A DNA stretch of 32,000 bases from Propionibacteriaceae bacterium. GTDB taxonomy: Bacteria; Actinomycetota; Actinomycetes; Propionibacteriales; Propionibacteriaceae. A model generated the notes under the pieces. The model had not been told where the DNA came from. It made no database searches and saw only the letters and a list, made by a program, of their open reading frames with translations. Made by a program: the position numbers and the translations under genes. The stretch lies in the NCBI GenBank assembly GCA_031256725.1, contig JAIRQE010000026.1, positions 30,001 through 62,000 on the forward strand, read 5' to 3'. Shown in pieces: positions 1 through 8,782 of this stretch. The stretch's first letter is position 1. The number at the start of each line of letters is the position of its first letter.

Positions 1-316
1 GATTTTGGAAAAGCCCTGGGTACTCGCTCCAGGCACTGTTCAAGAAACCATAGGCAATCCAGGAGAGGAGGACCCAACCCACATCATACTGAGGCGACGG
101 GATGGGCTTTACCGCGCAACACAGGTATCGACCGCTCTCGGAGCCATTTTAGGTGCCTGTGATGGGGACCTGGGATTGGGTCAGATTATCCACGCGGTTG
201 CCAGTATTCTGGATACAGATCCAGCACGGATGATCACCGAAGTTCTCCCTGAGATCACCTCTTTGATTTCCCAAACCTGGCTGAAACCAGGTGTCGAGGA
301 TTCTCAACCATTGTGA
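1..316 (+). CDS. 3' end of a gene that starts upstream of the window; hypothetical protein, function not assignable
   Basis: The frame is open from the window edge to the TGA at 314-316 (ORF track 5..316). Composition looks coding. I recognise no catalytic motif in the 103 aa. Confidence 0.45.
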   Translation, partial: ILEKPWVLAPGTVQETIGNPGEEDPTHIILRRRDGLYRATQVSTALGAILGACDGDLGLGQIIHAVASILDTDPARMITEVLPEITSLISQTWLKPGVEDSQPL

Positions 317-386
317 GGGGTTTCCCAGTTTCGCAATAGCTCGCTAAGGTTGTGTGTCTGTAGTACACATGTGAGAGGTATATGGC

Positions 387-3008
387 ATGGGCCACACATC
401 ACTGGTCATTGTGGAATCACCCACGAAGGCGGCCAAGATTTCGTCCTATTTGGGATCTGCGTACATCGTGGAGTCCTCCAGAGGGCATGTCCGTGACCTT
501 CCCACCACCGCTGCCGAAATTCCAGCAAAGTACAAAAAAGAGAAGTGGGCGCGTACCGGTGTCGATGTCGACAATGAATTCCATCCCCTGTATGTAGTCT
601 CCTCTGACAAGAAGAAGACGATCTCGGAACTGAAAAAGATCCTCGCCGGAGTCGACGAACTCCTTCTGGCCACTGACGAGGACCGCGAAGGCGAGGCCAT
701 CGCGTGGCATCTCATTGAGGAACTCAAGCCAAAGGTGCCAGTGAAGAGGATGGTCTTCCATGAGATCACTGAGCAGGCCATCAAGGCCGCTGTTGCCAGT
801 CCACGCGAAGTGGACACAGACCTTGTTGACGCCCAAGAAACCCGCCGAATCCTTGACCGTCTCTATGGTTACGAAGTCTCCCCAGTACTGTGGCGCAAGG
901 TGATGCCACGCCTCTCAGCAGGCAGAGTACAATCCGTGGCGACAAGGCTTATTGTGGATCGCGAGAAGGAACGTATGGCTTTCCGCAGTGCCTCGTACTG
1001 GGACATCACTGCCATGATCGACGCAGGAGCAACCGTAGATCCGCGCCGCTTCAGCGCTCGACTCACCCAGGTTGGTGACACCAGGATCGCCCAAGGACGG
1101 GATTTCAATTCACGAGGGGAGATGCGGGATAACCTCGTCGCCCTCAGCGAGACATTGGCAACAATGCTTGCCGCGACTTTGGAAAAAGCCACCTACTCCG
1201 TTGTTGATGTGGAGTCTCGCCCGTACACGCGAAAGCCCTATGCTCCTTTCCGTACCACCACCCTCCAGCAGGAGGCCGGTCGCAAGTTAGGTTTCACCGC
1301 GCAAAGGACAATGGCGATCGCTCAGGATCTCTATGAGGCCGGGTGGATCACCTATATGAGAACTGACTCGGTGACCCTGTCGAGCCAGGCCATCCAGGCA
1401 ACCAGGACCCAGGTCAAGCAGCTTTTCGGTGAGAAGTACCTCCCTGAGAAGCCCCGGGTGTACACCTCAAAGGTGAAGAATGCTCAGGAGGCCCACGAGG
1501 CTATCCGTCCTGCTGGTGACTCCTTTAGAACTCCCAAGGATTCGGGGCTCGTTGGTGATCAACGCCGCCTCTACGAACTCATCTGGATGAGAACCCTAGC
1601 CTCACAAATGGCCGATGCACTAGGGGAATCAGTCTCAGTCAAGATCAACGCTGCCCACCCAGAACTCACGATTGGCGAGAAAACTATCACCGACTGTCGG
1701 TTCGTTGCCTCCGGTCGTACCGTCACCTTCCCCGGCTTCCTCAAGGCCTATGTTGAATCCCATGATGACCCTGATGAGTCCGAGGATGACGCCCAAGCGC
1801 GTCTGCCACACCTTGAGAAGAACCACCCACTGTCGGTCGTGGATCTTAATCCCGAAGCTCACGCAACTAAGCCTCCGGCCCGCTACACGGAGCCAAGTTT
1901 GGTGGCCAAACTTGAAGAGTTGGAGATTGGAAGGCCGAGTACCTACGCCTCCATCATTCGTACCATCACCTCCCGTGACTATGTCTTTAAGCGTGGGGCA
2001 CAGTTGGTGCCAACCTGGCTGGCTTTCGCAGTAACCCGCCTCCTCGAAGAACAGTTCTCCCAACTCGTGGACTACACCTTCACCGCCACCATGGAAGATG
2101 ACCTTGACGAGATCGCCAACGGCGGCGCCAAGAGACTCGACATTCTTAACCGTTTCTATTTCGGTACGGATTCCTCGCGCGGATTGAACTCGCTGGTCAC
2201 TGAACTGGGTGACATTGATCCACGCAAGCTATCCACCTTCGGGATTGCGGGGGATGAAGGATTAGTCGTACGAGTGGGGCGCTATGGGCCGTACATCGAA
2301 GACTCCCTCGGCAAGAAGGTGACCATTGCTGCAGACCTTCCCCCCGACGAACTCACTGAGGAGAAGGCTCTTGCCCTCATCCAGGCCCCTGTCGCTGAAG
2401 AGCGTGAACTGGGGATCAGCGAAACCACTGGTTATCGTGTCGTCACCAAGGATGGGCGCTTCGGCCCCTATGTCACCGAGGTACTTCCCGAGGATGCGCC
2501 CAAGTCCGCCAAGGCGCGTACAGGGAGCCTCTTCTCGTCGATGAGCATTGAGACGGTGACCTTAGAGCAGGCAGAATCCCTGATGAGCCTGCCACGTACC
2601 CTTGGAGAAATCAATGGTGTCGCAGTCACAGCCCAAAATGGGCGCTATGGGCCGTACATCAAAATGGACAAAACCTCGCGACCCCTGCCAACCCAGGAAG
2701 CCATCTTCGAGATCACTCTTGATGAGGCGAAGGTGCTCCTTGATGCGCCACCAGTTAGGGGAGGTGGGCGAAGCACAGGGCCGCTCAAAGAATTGGGAAA
2801 TGATCCCGAGACCGGCAAACCTGTTACAGTCAAGGATGGGCGCTTCGGGCCGTACGTCACGGATGGGACAACCAACGCGACCTTACGCCGAAGTGATTCT
2901 GTCGAGGAGATCACCCCCGAGCGGGCCTTTGAACTATTGGCCGAAAAGAGGGCGAAACCCCCGACACCGAAGAAAACGACTCGCCGTACGACGAAGTCCA
3001 AGAAATAG
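387..3008 (+). CDS. topA: DNA topoisomerase I (type IA), actinobacterial zinc-finger-less form
   Basis: 873-aa ORF. Toprim N-terminus (LVIVESPTKAAKI), DEDREGE acidic cluster, and catalytic-Tyr region (ITYMRTDS). Four C-terminal G-R-[FY]-G-P-Y repeats and a Lys/Arg-rich tail (KRAKPPTPKKTTRRTTKSKK). GAGAGG Shine-Dalgarno about 10 nt upstream. Confidence 0.97.
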   Translation: MGHTSLVIVESPTKAAKISSYLGSAYIVESSRGHVRDLPTTAAEIPAKYKKEKWARTGVDVDNEFHPLYVVSSDKKKTISELKKILAGVDELLLATDEDREGEAIAWHLIEELKPKVPVKRMVFHEITEQAIKAAVASPREVDTDLVDAQETRRILDRLYGYEVSPVLWRKVMPRLSAGRVQSVATRLIVDREKERMAFRSASYWDITAMIDAGATVDPRRFSARLTQVGDTRIAQGRDFNSRGEMRDNLVALSETLATMLAATLEKATYSVVDVESRPYTRKPYAPFRTTTLQQEAGRKLGFTAQRTMAIAQDLYEAGWITYMRTDSVTLSSQAIQATRTQVKQLFGEKYLPEKPRVYTSKVKNAQEAHEAIRPAGDSFRTPKDSGLVGDQRRLYELIWMRTLASQMADALGESVSVKINAAHPELTIGEKTITDCRFVASGRTVTFPGFLKAYVESHDDPDESEDDAQARLPHLEKNHPLSVVDLNPEAHATKPPARYTEPSLVAKLEELEIGRPSTYASIIRTITSRDYVFKRGAQLVPTWLAFAVTRLLEEQFSQLVDYTFTATMEDDLDEIANGGAKRLDILNRFYFGTDSSRGLNSLVTELGDIDPRKLSTFGIAGDEGLVVRVGRYGPYIEDSLGKKVTIAADLPPDELTEEKALALIQAPVAEERELGISETTGYRVVTKDGRFGPYVTEVLPEDAPKSAKARTGSLFSSMSIETVTLEQAESLMSLPRTLGEINGVAVTAQNGRYGPYIKMDKTSRPLPTQEAIFEITLDEAKVLLDAPPVRGGGRSTGPLKELGNDPETGKPVTVKDGRFGPYVTDGTTNATLRRSDSVEEITPERAFELLAEKRAKPPTPKKTTRRTTKSKK

Positions 3009-3016
3009 GGCGGATC

Positions 3017-3670
3017 ATGGGTAGCAAGAAAAACGGAATGTTCATCGTCTTCGAGGGTGGGGATGGTGCAGGAAAATCCACGCAGTCGGCAAGGTTGGCT
3101 GCCTGGCTTTCAGCAGAGGGGTACAAGGTCCGTACGACCTTCGAACCCGGAGACACTGAGCTTGGGGCAACGGTACGAGAGATCGTACTTCATACAGAGA
3201 TGAAACTGTGTCCCAGAGCCGAAGCCCTTCTATATGCCGTTGACAAGGCGCAACACATGGCAGAGGTGATCAAGCCCTGCCTGGAGGAGGGGATGATCGT
3301 CATCTCCGACCGTTATGTCGACTCCACAATTGCCTACCAGGGGGCGGGGCGTGCCCTCAGCGATGAGGAGGTTGGCCGTATTGCATGGTGGTCGGTTTCC
3401 AATGTTGTACCTGATTTGACCGTGCTGATGGATGTACCCGTCGTCCAGGGTCTCTCCCGCAAGGATTGGCTCGACCGTATTGAGTCCCAAGGCATGGAGT
3501 TCCACGAGAGAGTACGCGACTACTTCCTTGACTTGGCTTCCACTGGTCCTGGGCGTTATTTAGTTGTTAACGGTCGTGATCCCAAGGATGAGGTGACCTC
3601 CCAGGTACGTGAGGCCGTCACCGAACTCATCGCTGGTGGAAACAACACCCTGACAAGAGATCCATCCTAA
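3017..3670 (+). CDS. tmk: thymidylate kinase
   Basis: P-loop FIVFEGGDGAGKST and DRY motif (SDRYVDS). Starts 8 nt after the topA stop. Confidence 0.95.
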   Translation: MGSKKNGMFIVFEGGDGAGKSTQSARLAAWLSAEGYKVRTTFEPGDTELGATVREIVLHTEMKLCPRAEALLYAVDKAQHMAEVIKPCLEEGMIVISDRYVDSTIAYQGAGRALSDEEVGRIAWWSVSNVVPDLTVLMDVPVVQGLSRKDWLDRIESQGMEFHERVRDYFLDLASTGPGRYLVVNGRDPKDEVTSQVREAVTELIAGGNNTLTRDPS

Positions 3671-4344
3671 TCTTCTGACGACCTCCACTAGTTCGCAGCA
3701 TCACCTCGTACTCGTGGTGTGGCGGGTGGTTTGAGAAGCTAGACCTCATGTAGCGTCGATTTTGATGTACTAAGCTTACAATCCCAGCGCGAGCGTACCC
3801 ACGAGGTCGATTTTGAGAACTTGTGCAACCCCTGTACAGAGATCACGCCAATCATTTTCCTGGGGATGACCTGTTCCCATCCTATGAGTCCTTCTCAATG
3901 AAGGCCATATTTATTGCCGATTTCAAGGGAAAACAATTCAAACGAGTCTTAGGAAAAACCCTTGACGGACCATATCAATGAGGGTACGCTGACCATATCT
4001 GAGTACGAGAGACTGTACAAAGAAGTGGCCAATAATCGGGGATAGGGGACACACAATCATGCTGGTTGTGGTTTCTCGGCCACACGGGGAATGAAACGAG
4101 GGAAAGATTCTTATACCCACTGGCCTGACAGTGGGTAACTATGCACAACACCACTGTCGGCCTTTGCGCCGATCAGTTATGTGGGTTGCCATGCCCACAT
4201 AATTAGGAGACATCACTCATCTCCTAATTCTGTCCTATCAATGCAGAAGGGCAACCATGGATTCGCCTCGCACAGAGGCGACCTTAGGGTGGGGGGACTC
4301 CCCCCTGCCCCCCACCTTGAGGATCTATCGCAGACGTCAAAGAG

Positions 4345-4370
4345 GTGTCAGGGGAGGTATCTCCTGACAC
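4345..4370. repeat. 26-bp hairpin-forming dispersed repeat, copy A (GTGTCAGGGGAGGTATCTCCTGACAC), inverted relative to copies B and C
   Basis: Its reverse complement matches copy C at 25/26 positions. The 8-bp arms GTGTCAGG/CCTGACAC are internally self-complementary. Confidence 0.8.
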
Positions 4371-4431
4371 TCAATAAAGACGAGTGCAGAAGGGATGACG
4401 AGTCCTGAAGGAACGAAGGTGAGGACAAGTA

Positions 4432-4451
4432 TCAGGAGATACGTCCCCTGA
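4432..4451. repeat. Same dispersed repeat, copy B (core TCAGGAGATACGTCCCCTGA)
   Basis: The 20-nt core is identical to the core of copy C. It lies 61 bp from inverted copy A, so A and B can also pair with each other. Confidence 0.8.
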
Positions 4452-4510
4452 CTCCACTCGGCCCCAGGATCCATAAGATGTATAAACCCATGAAATGATC
4501 AGTAAACGAT

Positions 4511-4639
4511 GAAGTGAAGGGTGGGGTACATCTGTTCAAATACATCTGTTCAAAACCGTCTACCCGAACGGAGGAGTTGATTCCAAAGGAAACGACTCCG
4601 CGAGTGTGTTTTGAACAGATGTACTCCACCCTTCACGTC
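4511..4639. repeat. 129-bp element bounded by 30-bp imperfect terminal inverted repeats (MITE-like, or a long bidirectional terminator hairpin)
   Basis: Left arm is GAAGTGAAGGGTGGGGTACATCTGTTCAAA (4511-4540). Right arm is TTTGAACAGATGTACTCCACCCTTCACGTC (4610-4639). The arms are complementary at 28/30 positions. TACATCTGTTCAAA is tandemly duplicated (4527-4540 and 4541-4554). The element abuts the 3' end of the SDR gene. Confidence 0.75.
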
Positions 4640-4659
4640 CACCAACCTAAAAAGGTTAA

Positions 4660-5394
4660 TCACCCAGAACGTACGACCTTATGATGAGCAGCCTGAGCCA
4701 CAGGACGTACCACTAACCGATCAATGTTCACATGAGAAGGACGGGAAGCAATCCAAGAAATAGCCTCAGCAATGTCCTCAGCGATAAGGGGGTTTTCCAC
4801 ACCAGCGTAAACAGCATCTGCCCGAGACTGGTCCCCATCAAAGCGAGTGAGTGAGAATTCTTTCGTAAAAACCATACCAGGTGAGATTTCACATACACGG
4901 ATGGGTTCCCCAGCGAGTTCGAGGCGAAGGGAACCAGCCATGGATCGCTCCGCAGCCTTGGCTCCGCAGTACCCACCGCCACCTTCGTAGGGGGCCTCAG
5001 CAGCAGTGGAGGTGACGAAGACAATGGTTCCACGACTGGCCCGAAGTGCAGGGAGGAGGGCTTGGGTGACCCGGGCTGTACCAAGGACATTGATTTGGTA
5101 CATCCTGTCCCAGCGTTCCAAATCATCTGTGGCGAGGGGTTCCTGACCGAAGGCCCCACCAGCATTGTTCACAAGTAAATCAACGTGATCTCCGACCGTA
5201 TCACCAAGATGAGCAATCTCGTCGACCTTCGTAAGATCGCAGGGGAGGGCCACCCCACCAATCTCAGCCGCCAGGATTTCAAGATTCTCCCGTCGCCGGG
5301 CCACGCAGTACACAGTGAAATCTTGGGCCAAGGATCGAGCCGTAGCCTCCCCGATACCCGAGGAAGCGCCAGTGACAACAGCAATCGGTTTCAT
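4660..5394 (-). CDS. short-chain dehydrogenase/reductase (classical SDR), substrate unknown
   Basis: TGASSGIG cofactor motif, NNAG, and catalytic YxxxK (YCGAK). 244 aa. Confidence 0.9.
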   Translation of the reverse strand: MKPIAVVTGASSGIGEATARSLAQDFTVYCVARRRENLEILAAEIGGVALPCDLTKVDEIAHLGDTVGDHVDLLVNNAGGAFGQEPLATDDLERWDRMYQINVLGTARVTQALLPALRASRGTIVFVTSTAAEAPYEGGGGYCGAKAAERSMAGSLRLELAGEPIRVCEISPGMVFTKEFSLTRFDGDQSRADAVYAGVENPLIAEDIAEAISWIASRPSHVNIDRLVVRPVAQAAHHKVVRSG

Positions 5395-5464
5395 GGATTT
5401 ATTCTAGGACCATGGCCGGATCTCCTGGAGGGGTATTTATGAAAGATTACCCAGGGATTTTGGG

Positions 5465-5491
5465 CGTCAGTTTCCCTTTGATAAACTGACG
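5465..5491. promoter_or_regulatory. Perfect 9-bp inverted repeat (CGTCAGTTT-N9-AAACTGACG) ending 2 nt before the hemA start codon; candidate operator or RBS-occluding hairpin
   Basis: Read directly from the sequence. It occupies the position where a Shine-Dalgarno would be expected, and no obvious SD is present. Confidence 0.4.
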
Positions 5492-5493
5492 TA

Positions 5494-6726
5494 ATGCCAT
5501 TGTTGTCAGTAGGTGTTTGCCATAGAGAAGCAACACCAGAGCAGTTGGCTGCGTTGGGGCATGCAGAGAACGACCTTTGTGACCATCTAGCGCATCATAC
5601 TGAAGGTCTCATCGACGGTTTTGTGGTCTTATCTACGTGCAACCGTTTCGAGATCTATCTTGATGCCATCACCTTCCACGGTGCGCTAGGGATGGTCATG
5701 GAAGCTATTGCCACGGTTGTTCCTGAAGCTTCAAACGGTCTCGCTGATGCTGTGTACACCCATGTCTCTGCAGGTGCGATTACCCATCTGTACAGGGTGG
5801 CCGCTGGACTAGAGTCCATGGTCGTGGGGGAGAACGAAATCATTGGGCAGGTACGATCTTGCCTCGCAGGTGGAAGGATGGTTTCCCCACGTCTGCGTCG
5901 TGCCTTCCAGGGTGCTCTGACAACCGCTAAGGCAATCACCACCAATACATCTTTGGGTCGCGTCAGGCGATCCCTCGCATCGGTTGGTATGGATCTTGCC
6001 GCATCCGAGCATTCTCTAGAAAACCCTGAAGAGACCCTGTTGCCTCCGTGGAGCGAAACTCGGGTCCTCATTCTGGGAACAGGACAGTACGCCGGTACTG
6101 TCGTGGCTGATCTGACTCGCAGAGGTTGTACCGACATGATCGTCTACTCAGCCTCAGGAAATGCCCTCGCATTCGCGGAAACCCACCCGGTTGTACCGAC
6201 CGCAGATCTTTCAGCGGCACTCAAGTCCACTGACCTGCTTGTCACCGCCTCAGGTAATGGTATCGCAAGGATTGATCCTGAACTCTTGGAGGGTGCCCAA
6301 ATCCAGGTCATCGTTGATCTCAGTGGCGGGGTTGACCTTGCTGAGGATCTTCCGGTGAGGGTGATTGGCTTGACTGAGATCGGATGTCATGCACCTCCAG
6401 CGTGTCAGGAATCCGTGGATCAGGCTGAGCAGATGGTTTCTGATGCTGTCGCAGAGCTTATGAATGCTGAACTGGGTCGCGGTGCAGCACCCGCCATCAC
6501 TGCGATGCGTGGACATATCACGGGAATCATTGAAGCTGAGGTTGCTCGGGCACGGAACACCTATACACCAGAGGTTGCGGACGCTATCGAAAAAGCTCTT
6601 CATCGGGTTACTGGGGCCATGCTTCATCATCCGAGTGTGGCTGCCACAGAGCTTGCCCGTATAGGGCGTATGGAGGAATACAACCAGGCCCTCCAAACCC
6701 TCTTCGGAATCATGGTGGAGGCTTAA
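5494..6726 (+). CDS. hemA: glutamyl-tRNA reductase
   Basis: Active-site Cys motif STCNRFEIY and a central NADPH Rossmann segment (ILGTGQYAG). First gene of the heme operon. Confidence 0.95.
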   Translation: MPLLSVGVCHREATPEQLAALGHAENDLCDHLAHHTEGLIDGFVVLSTCNRFEIYLDAITFHGALGMVMEAIATVVPEASNGLADAVYTHVSAGAITHLYRVAAGLESMVVGENEIIGQVRSCLAGGRMVSPRLRRAFQGALTTAKAITTNTSLGRVRRSLASVGMDLAASEHSLENPEETLLPPWSETRVLILGTGQYAGTVVADLTRRGCTDMIVYSASGNALAFAETHPVVPTADLSAALKSTDLLVTASGNGIARIDPELLEGAQIQVIVDLSGGVDLAEDLPVRVIGLTEIGCHAPPACQESVDQAEQMVSDAVAELMNAELGRGAAPAITAMRGHITGIIEAEVARARNTYTPEVADAIEKALHRVTGAMLHHPSVAATELARIGRMEEYNQALQTLFGIMVEA

Positions 6727-8750
6727 TGCAAGGGGACGATAAACAACGACCCCTGCGTCTTGGAACCCGTGGTTCTCCTTTGGCGATGGCCCAATCGGGT
6801 CATGTTGCTCGGGACCTTGAGGCTGTCACTGGTTTGAAGTCTGAATTGGTACCAATCCGGGTTGAGGGTGATGACCATTCTCTTGCGATGAATAGTGCCT
6901 CAAGGCCTGGGATCTTCGTCTCGTCTCTTCGCGATGCTCTGATTGCTGGGGAGGTCGATTACGTCGTCCATTCTTTCAAGGATCTTCCCTCAGCTCCTGT
7001 GCCAGAGCTCCATGTTGCAGCTATCCCTGCACGGGCGAATCCGTGTGATGTTCTCGCTGGAACTACGCTGGGGATCTTTGATCTTCCTCGACGTGCGGTC
7101 ATTGGTACCTCCTCCCCACGGCGCCAGTTCTCGTTGAAGAGAATGCGTCCAGATCTCATCATCGCCCCTATACGCGGAAATGTGGACACTCGCTTACGTA
7201 AAGTTGCCCAAGGGGAGCTTTCAGCAGTGATCATGGCCTATGCTGGCTTGGAGCGTTTGGGTGTATTAGATCCGTCATGGCAGGTTTTCGATCCTGAGGA
7301 ACTCTTACCCGCCCCAGCTCAAGGGGCCCTGGCCGTCGAATGTCGAGTGGATTCACCATTCCTCGTATCTTTGTCGCGCTTGGACCACAGACCTACTCGG
7401 TTAGCCGTCATGGCTGAGCGGGCCGTACTATCCGGGGTGGAAGCGACGTGTACCACTGCTATTGGCGCCCTGGCTACTTGGGAAGGAAGAACCCTAACTT
7501 TGACTGCCGAATTAATCGAACACCGATCCGTGGGCTATGCGCGGGTGACCCGTAGTGCGGTCATCGGTTTCTCGTCTGGCGGAACTGAAATCCCTGATGT
7601 TCCCGGTGTTGAGGCTTTAGCCAGTGAAGTCGTTGAGGGTCTCTTCGATCCGGGTACGATGCAGCCGCGTGTGAGTGTTTCCGAGCCTCCTGCAGCAGCC
7701 GAACCCACCGCAAGCGAACCCACATTGGTACGTGCATATAAGGGGCAGCGTACCAAGTCACGTCCAGTGTGGTTTATGCGCCAAGCCGGACGTTCCCTTC
7801 CTGAATATCGGGCAGCCCGCGAGGGTACAGCCATGCTCGAATCATGTTTGACTCCAGAATTGGCTGCCGAGATCACGGTCCAACCTGTACGTCGCCACAA
7901 GGTGGATGCCGCGATCTTTTTCTCCGACATCATGATCCCAGCCAAGTGTGCTGGAGTGGATGTGGAGATCGTCCCAGGTCGTGGCCCTGTACTAGCCAAG
8001 CCCATTCGTACAGCTGCTGATGTGGATGCCCTCCCTGAACTCACTCCTGAGGCTCTTGCACCCATCACTCAGGGTGTACAAGCCACTATTGCAATGCTGG
8101 GGGATACCCCGCTCATCGGTTTTGCAGGCGCGCCTTTCACGGTTGCCTCCTATCTCGTTGAGGGTGAGCCTTCGCGCAGTTTCCCCTTCACAAAGGCACT
8201 TATGGTTGAGGATGAGGCAACATGGTCTCGTTTAGCCTCCTGGGTTGCTCGTACAACCGAAGCCTTCCTTGTAGCTCAGATTGAGGCCGGAGCCCAAGCG
8301 ATCCAGTTGTTTGATTCCTGGGTTGGAGCCCTCAGTGAGGACGAATACATTCGCCTAGCCCAACCCTATTCAGCTAAGGTCTTCCAGGGCATTGGGTCCC
8401 GTTTTGACGTGCCAAGAGTTCACTTCGGTACGGGCACAGCCCACCTTCTGCCGGCTATGCATGCCGCTGGGGCGACCGTCATGGGTGTCGATGTTCATCT
8501 CACTTTGGAGGAGGCGGAAGCTAAGCTTGGCGGGAATGTACCTCTTCAGGGGAATATCAATCCTGAGATGCTGACCGCACCTTGGGAACAACTTGAAGCT
8601 CATGTTCGTGCTGTCTTGACTTCTGGGAAGGTAGCACCTGGGCATGTGGTCAATCTGGGTCATGGAGTACCACCCACCACCGATCCCGATGTTTTGACTC
8701 GTGTGGTTGAACTGATTCATTCAGTACCAGATTCTGCCGCGACTGCGTAG
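6726..8750 (+). CDS. hemC/hemE: bifunctional fusion: porphobilinogen deaminase (hydroxymethylbilane synthase) N-terminal half plus uroporphyrinogen decarboxylase C-terminal half
   Basis: The N-terminal half has LRLGTRGSPLAMAQ, RGNVDTRLRK and the cofactor Cys (VEATCTTAIG). A Pro/Ala/Glu linker follows (SEPPAAAEPTASEPT). The C-terminal half has PVWFMRQAGRSLPEY and NLGHGVPP. The start overlaps the hemA stop (TAATG). Confidence 0.9.
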   Translation: MQGDDKQRPLRLGTRGSPLAMAQSGHVARDLEAVTGLKSELVPIRVEGDDHSLAMNSASRPGIFVSSLRDALIAGEVDYVVHSFKDLPSAPVPELHVAAIPARANPCDVLAGTTLGIFDLPRRAVIGTSSPRRQFSLKRMRPDLIIAPIRGNVDTRLRKVAQGELSAVIMAYAGLERLGVLDPSWQVFDPEELLPAPAQGALAVECRVDSPFLVSLSRLDHRPTRLAVMAERAVLSGVEATCTTAIGALATWEGRTLTLTAELIEHRSVGYARVTRSAVIGFSSGGTEIPDVPGVEALASEVVEGLFDPGTMQPRVSVSEPPAAAEPTASEPTLVRAYKGQRTKSRPVWFMRQAGRSLPEYRAAREGTAMLESCLTPELAAEITVQPVRRHKVDAAIFFSDIMIPAKCAGVDVEIVPGRGPVLAKPIRTAADVDALPELTPEALAPITQGVQATIAMLGDTPLIGFAGAPFTVASYLVEGEPSRSFPFTKALMVEDEATWSRLASWVARTTEAFLVAQIEAGAQAIQLFDSWVGALSEDEYIRLAQPYSAKVFQGIGSRFDVPRVHFGTGTAHLLPAMHAAGATVMGVDVHLTLEEAEAKLGGNVPLQGNINPEMLTAPWEQLEAHVRAVLTSGKVAPGHVVNLGHGVPPTTDPDVLTRVVELIHSVPDSAATA

Positions 8751-8782
8751 ACTTAACTGACTTCGTCGAAGAAAGAAGAGAT

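Noticed and set aside
417-3001. Multiple 60-140 aa ORFs on both strands inside topA (e.g. 417..836-, 1635..2063-, 2602..3024+, 2645..3001-)
   Set aside because: They lie entirely within, or antisense to, a gene with unambiguous topoisomerase motifs. Their Arg/Ser/Pro-rich composition is typical of off-frame shadow ORFs.
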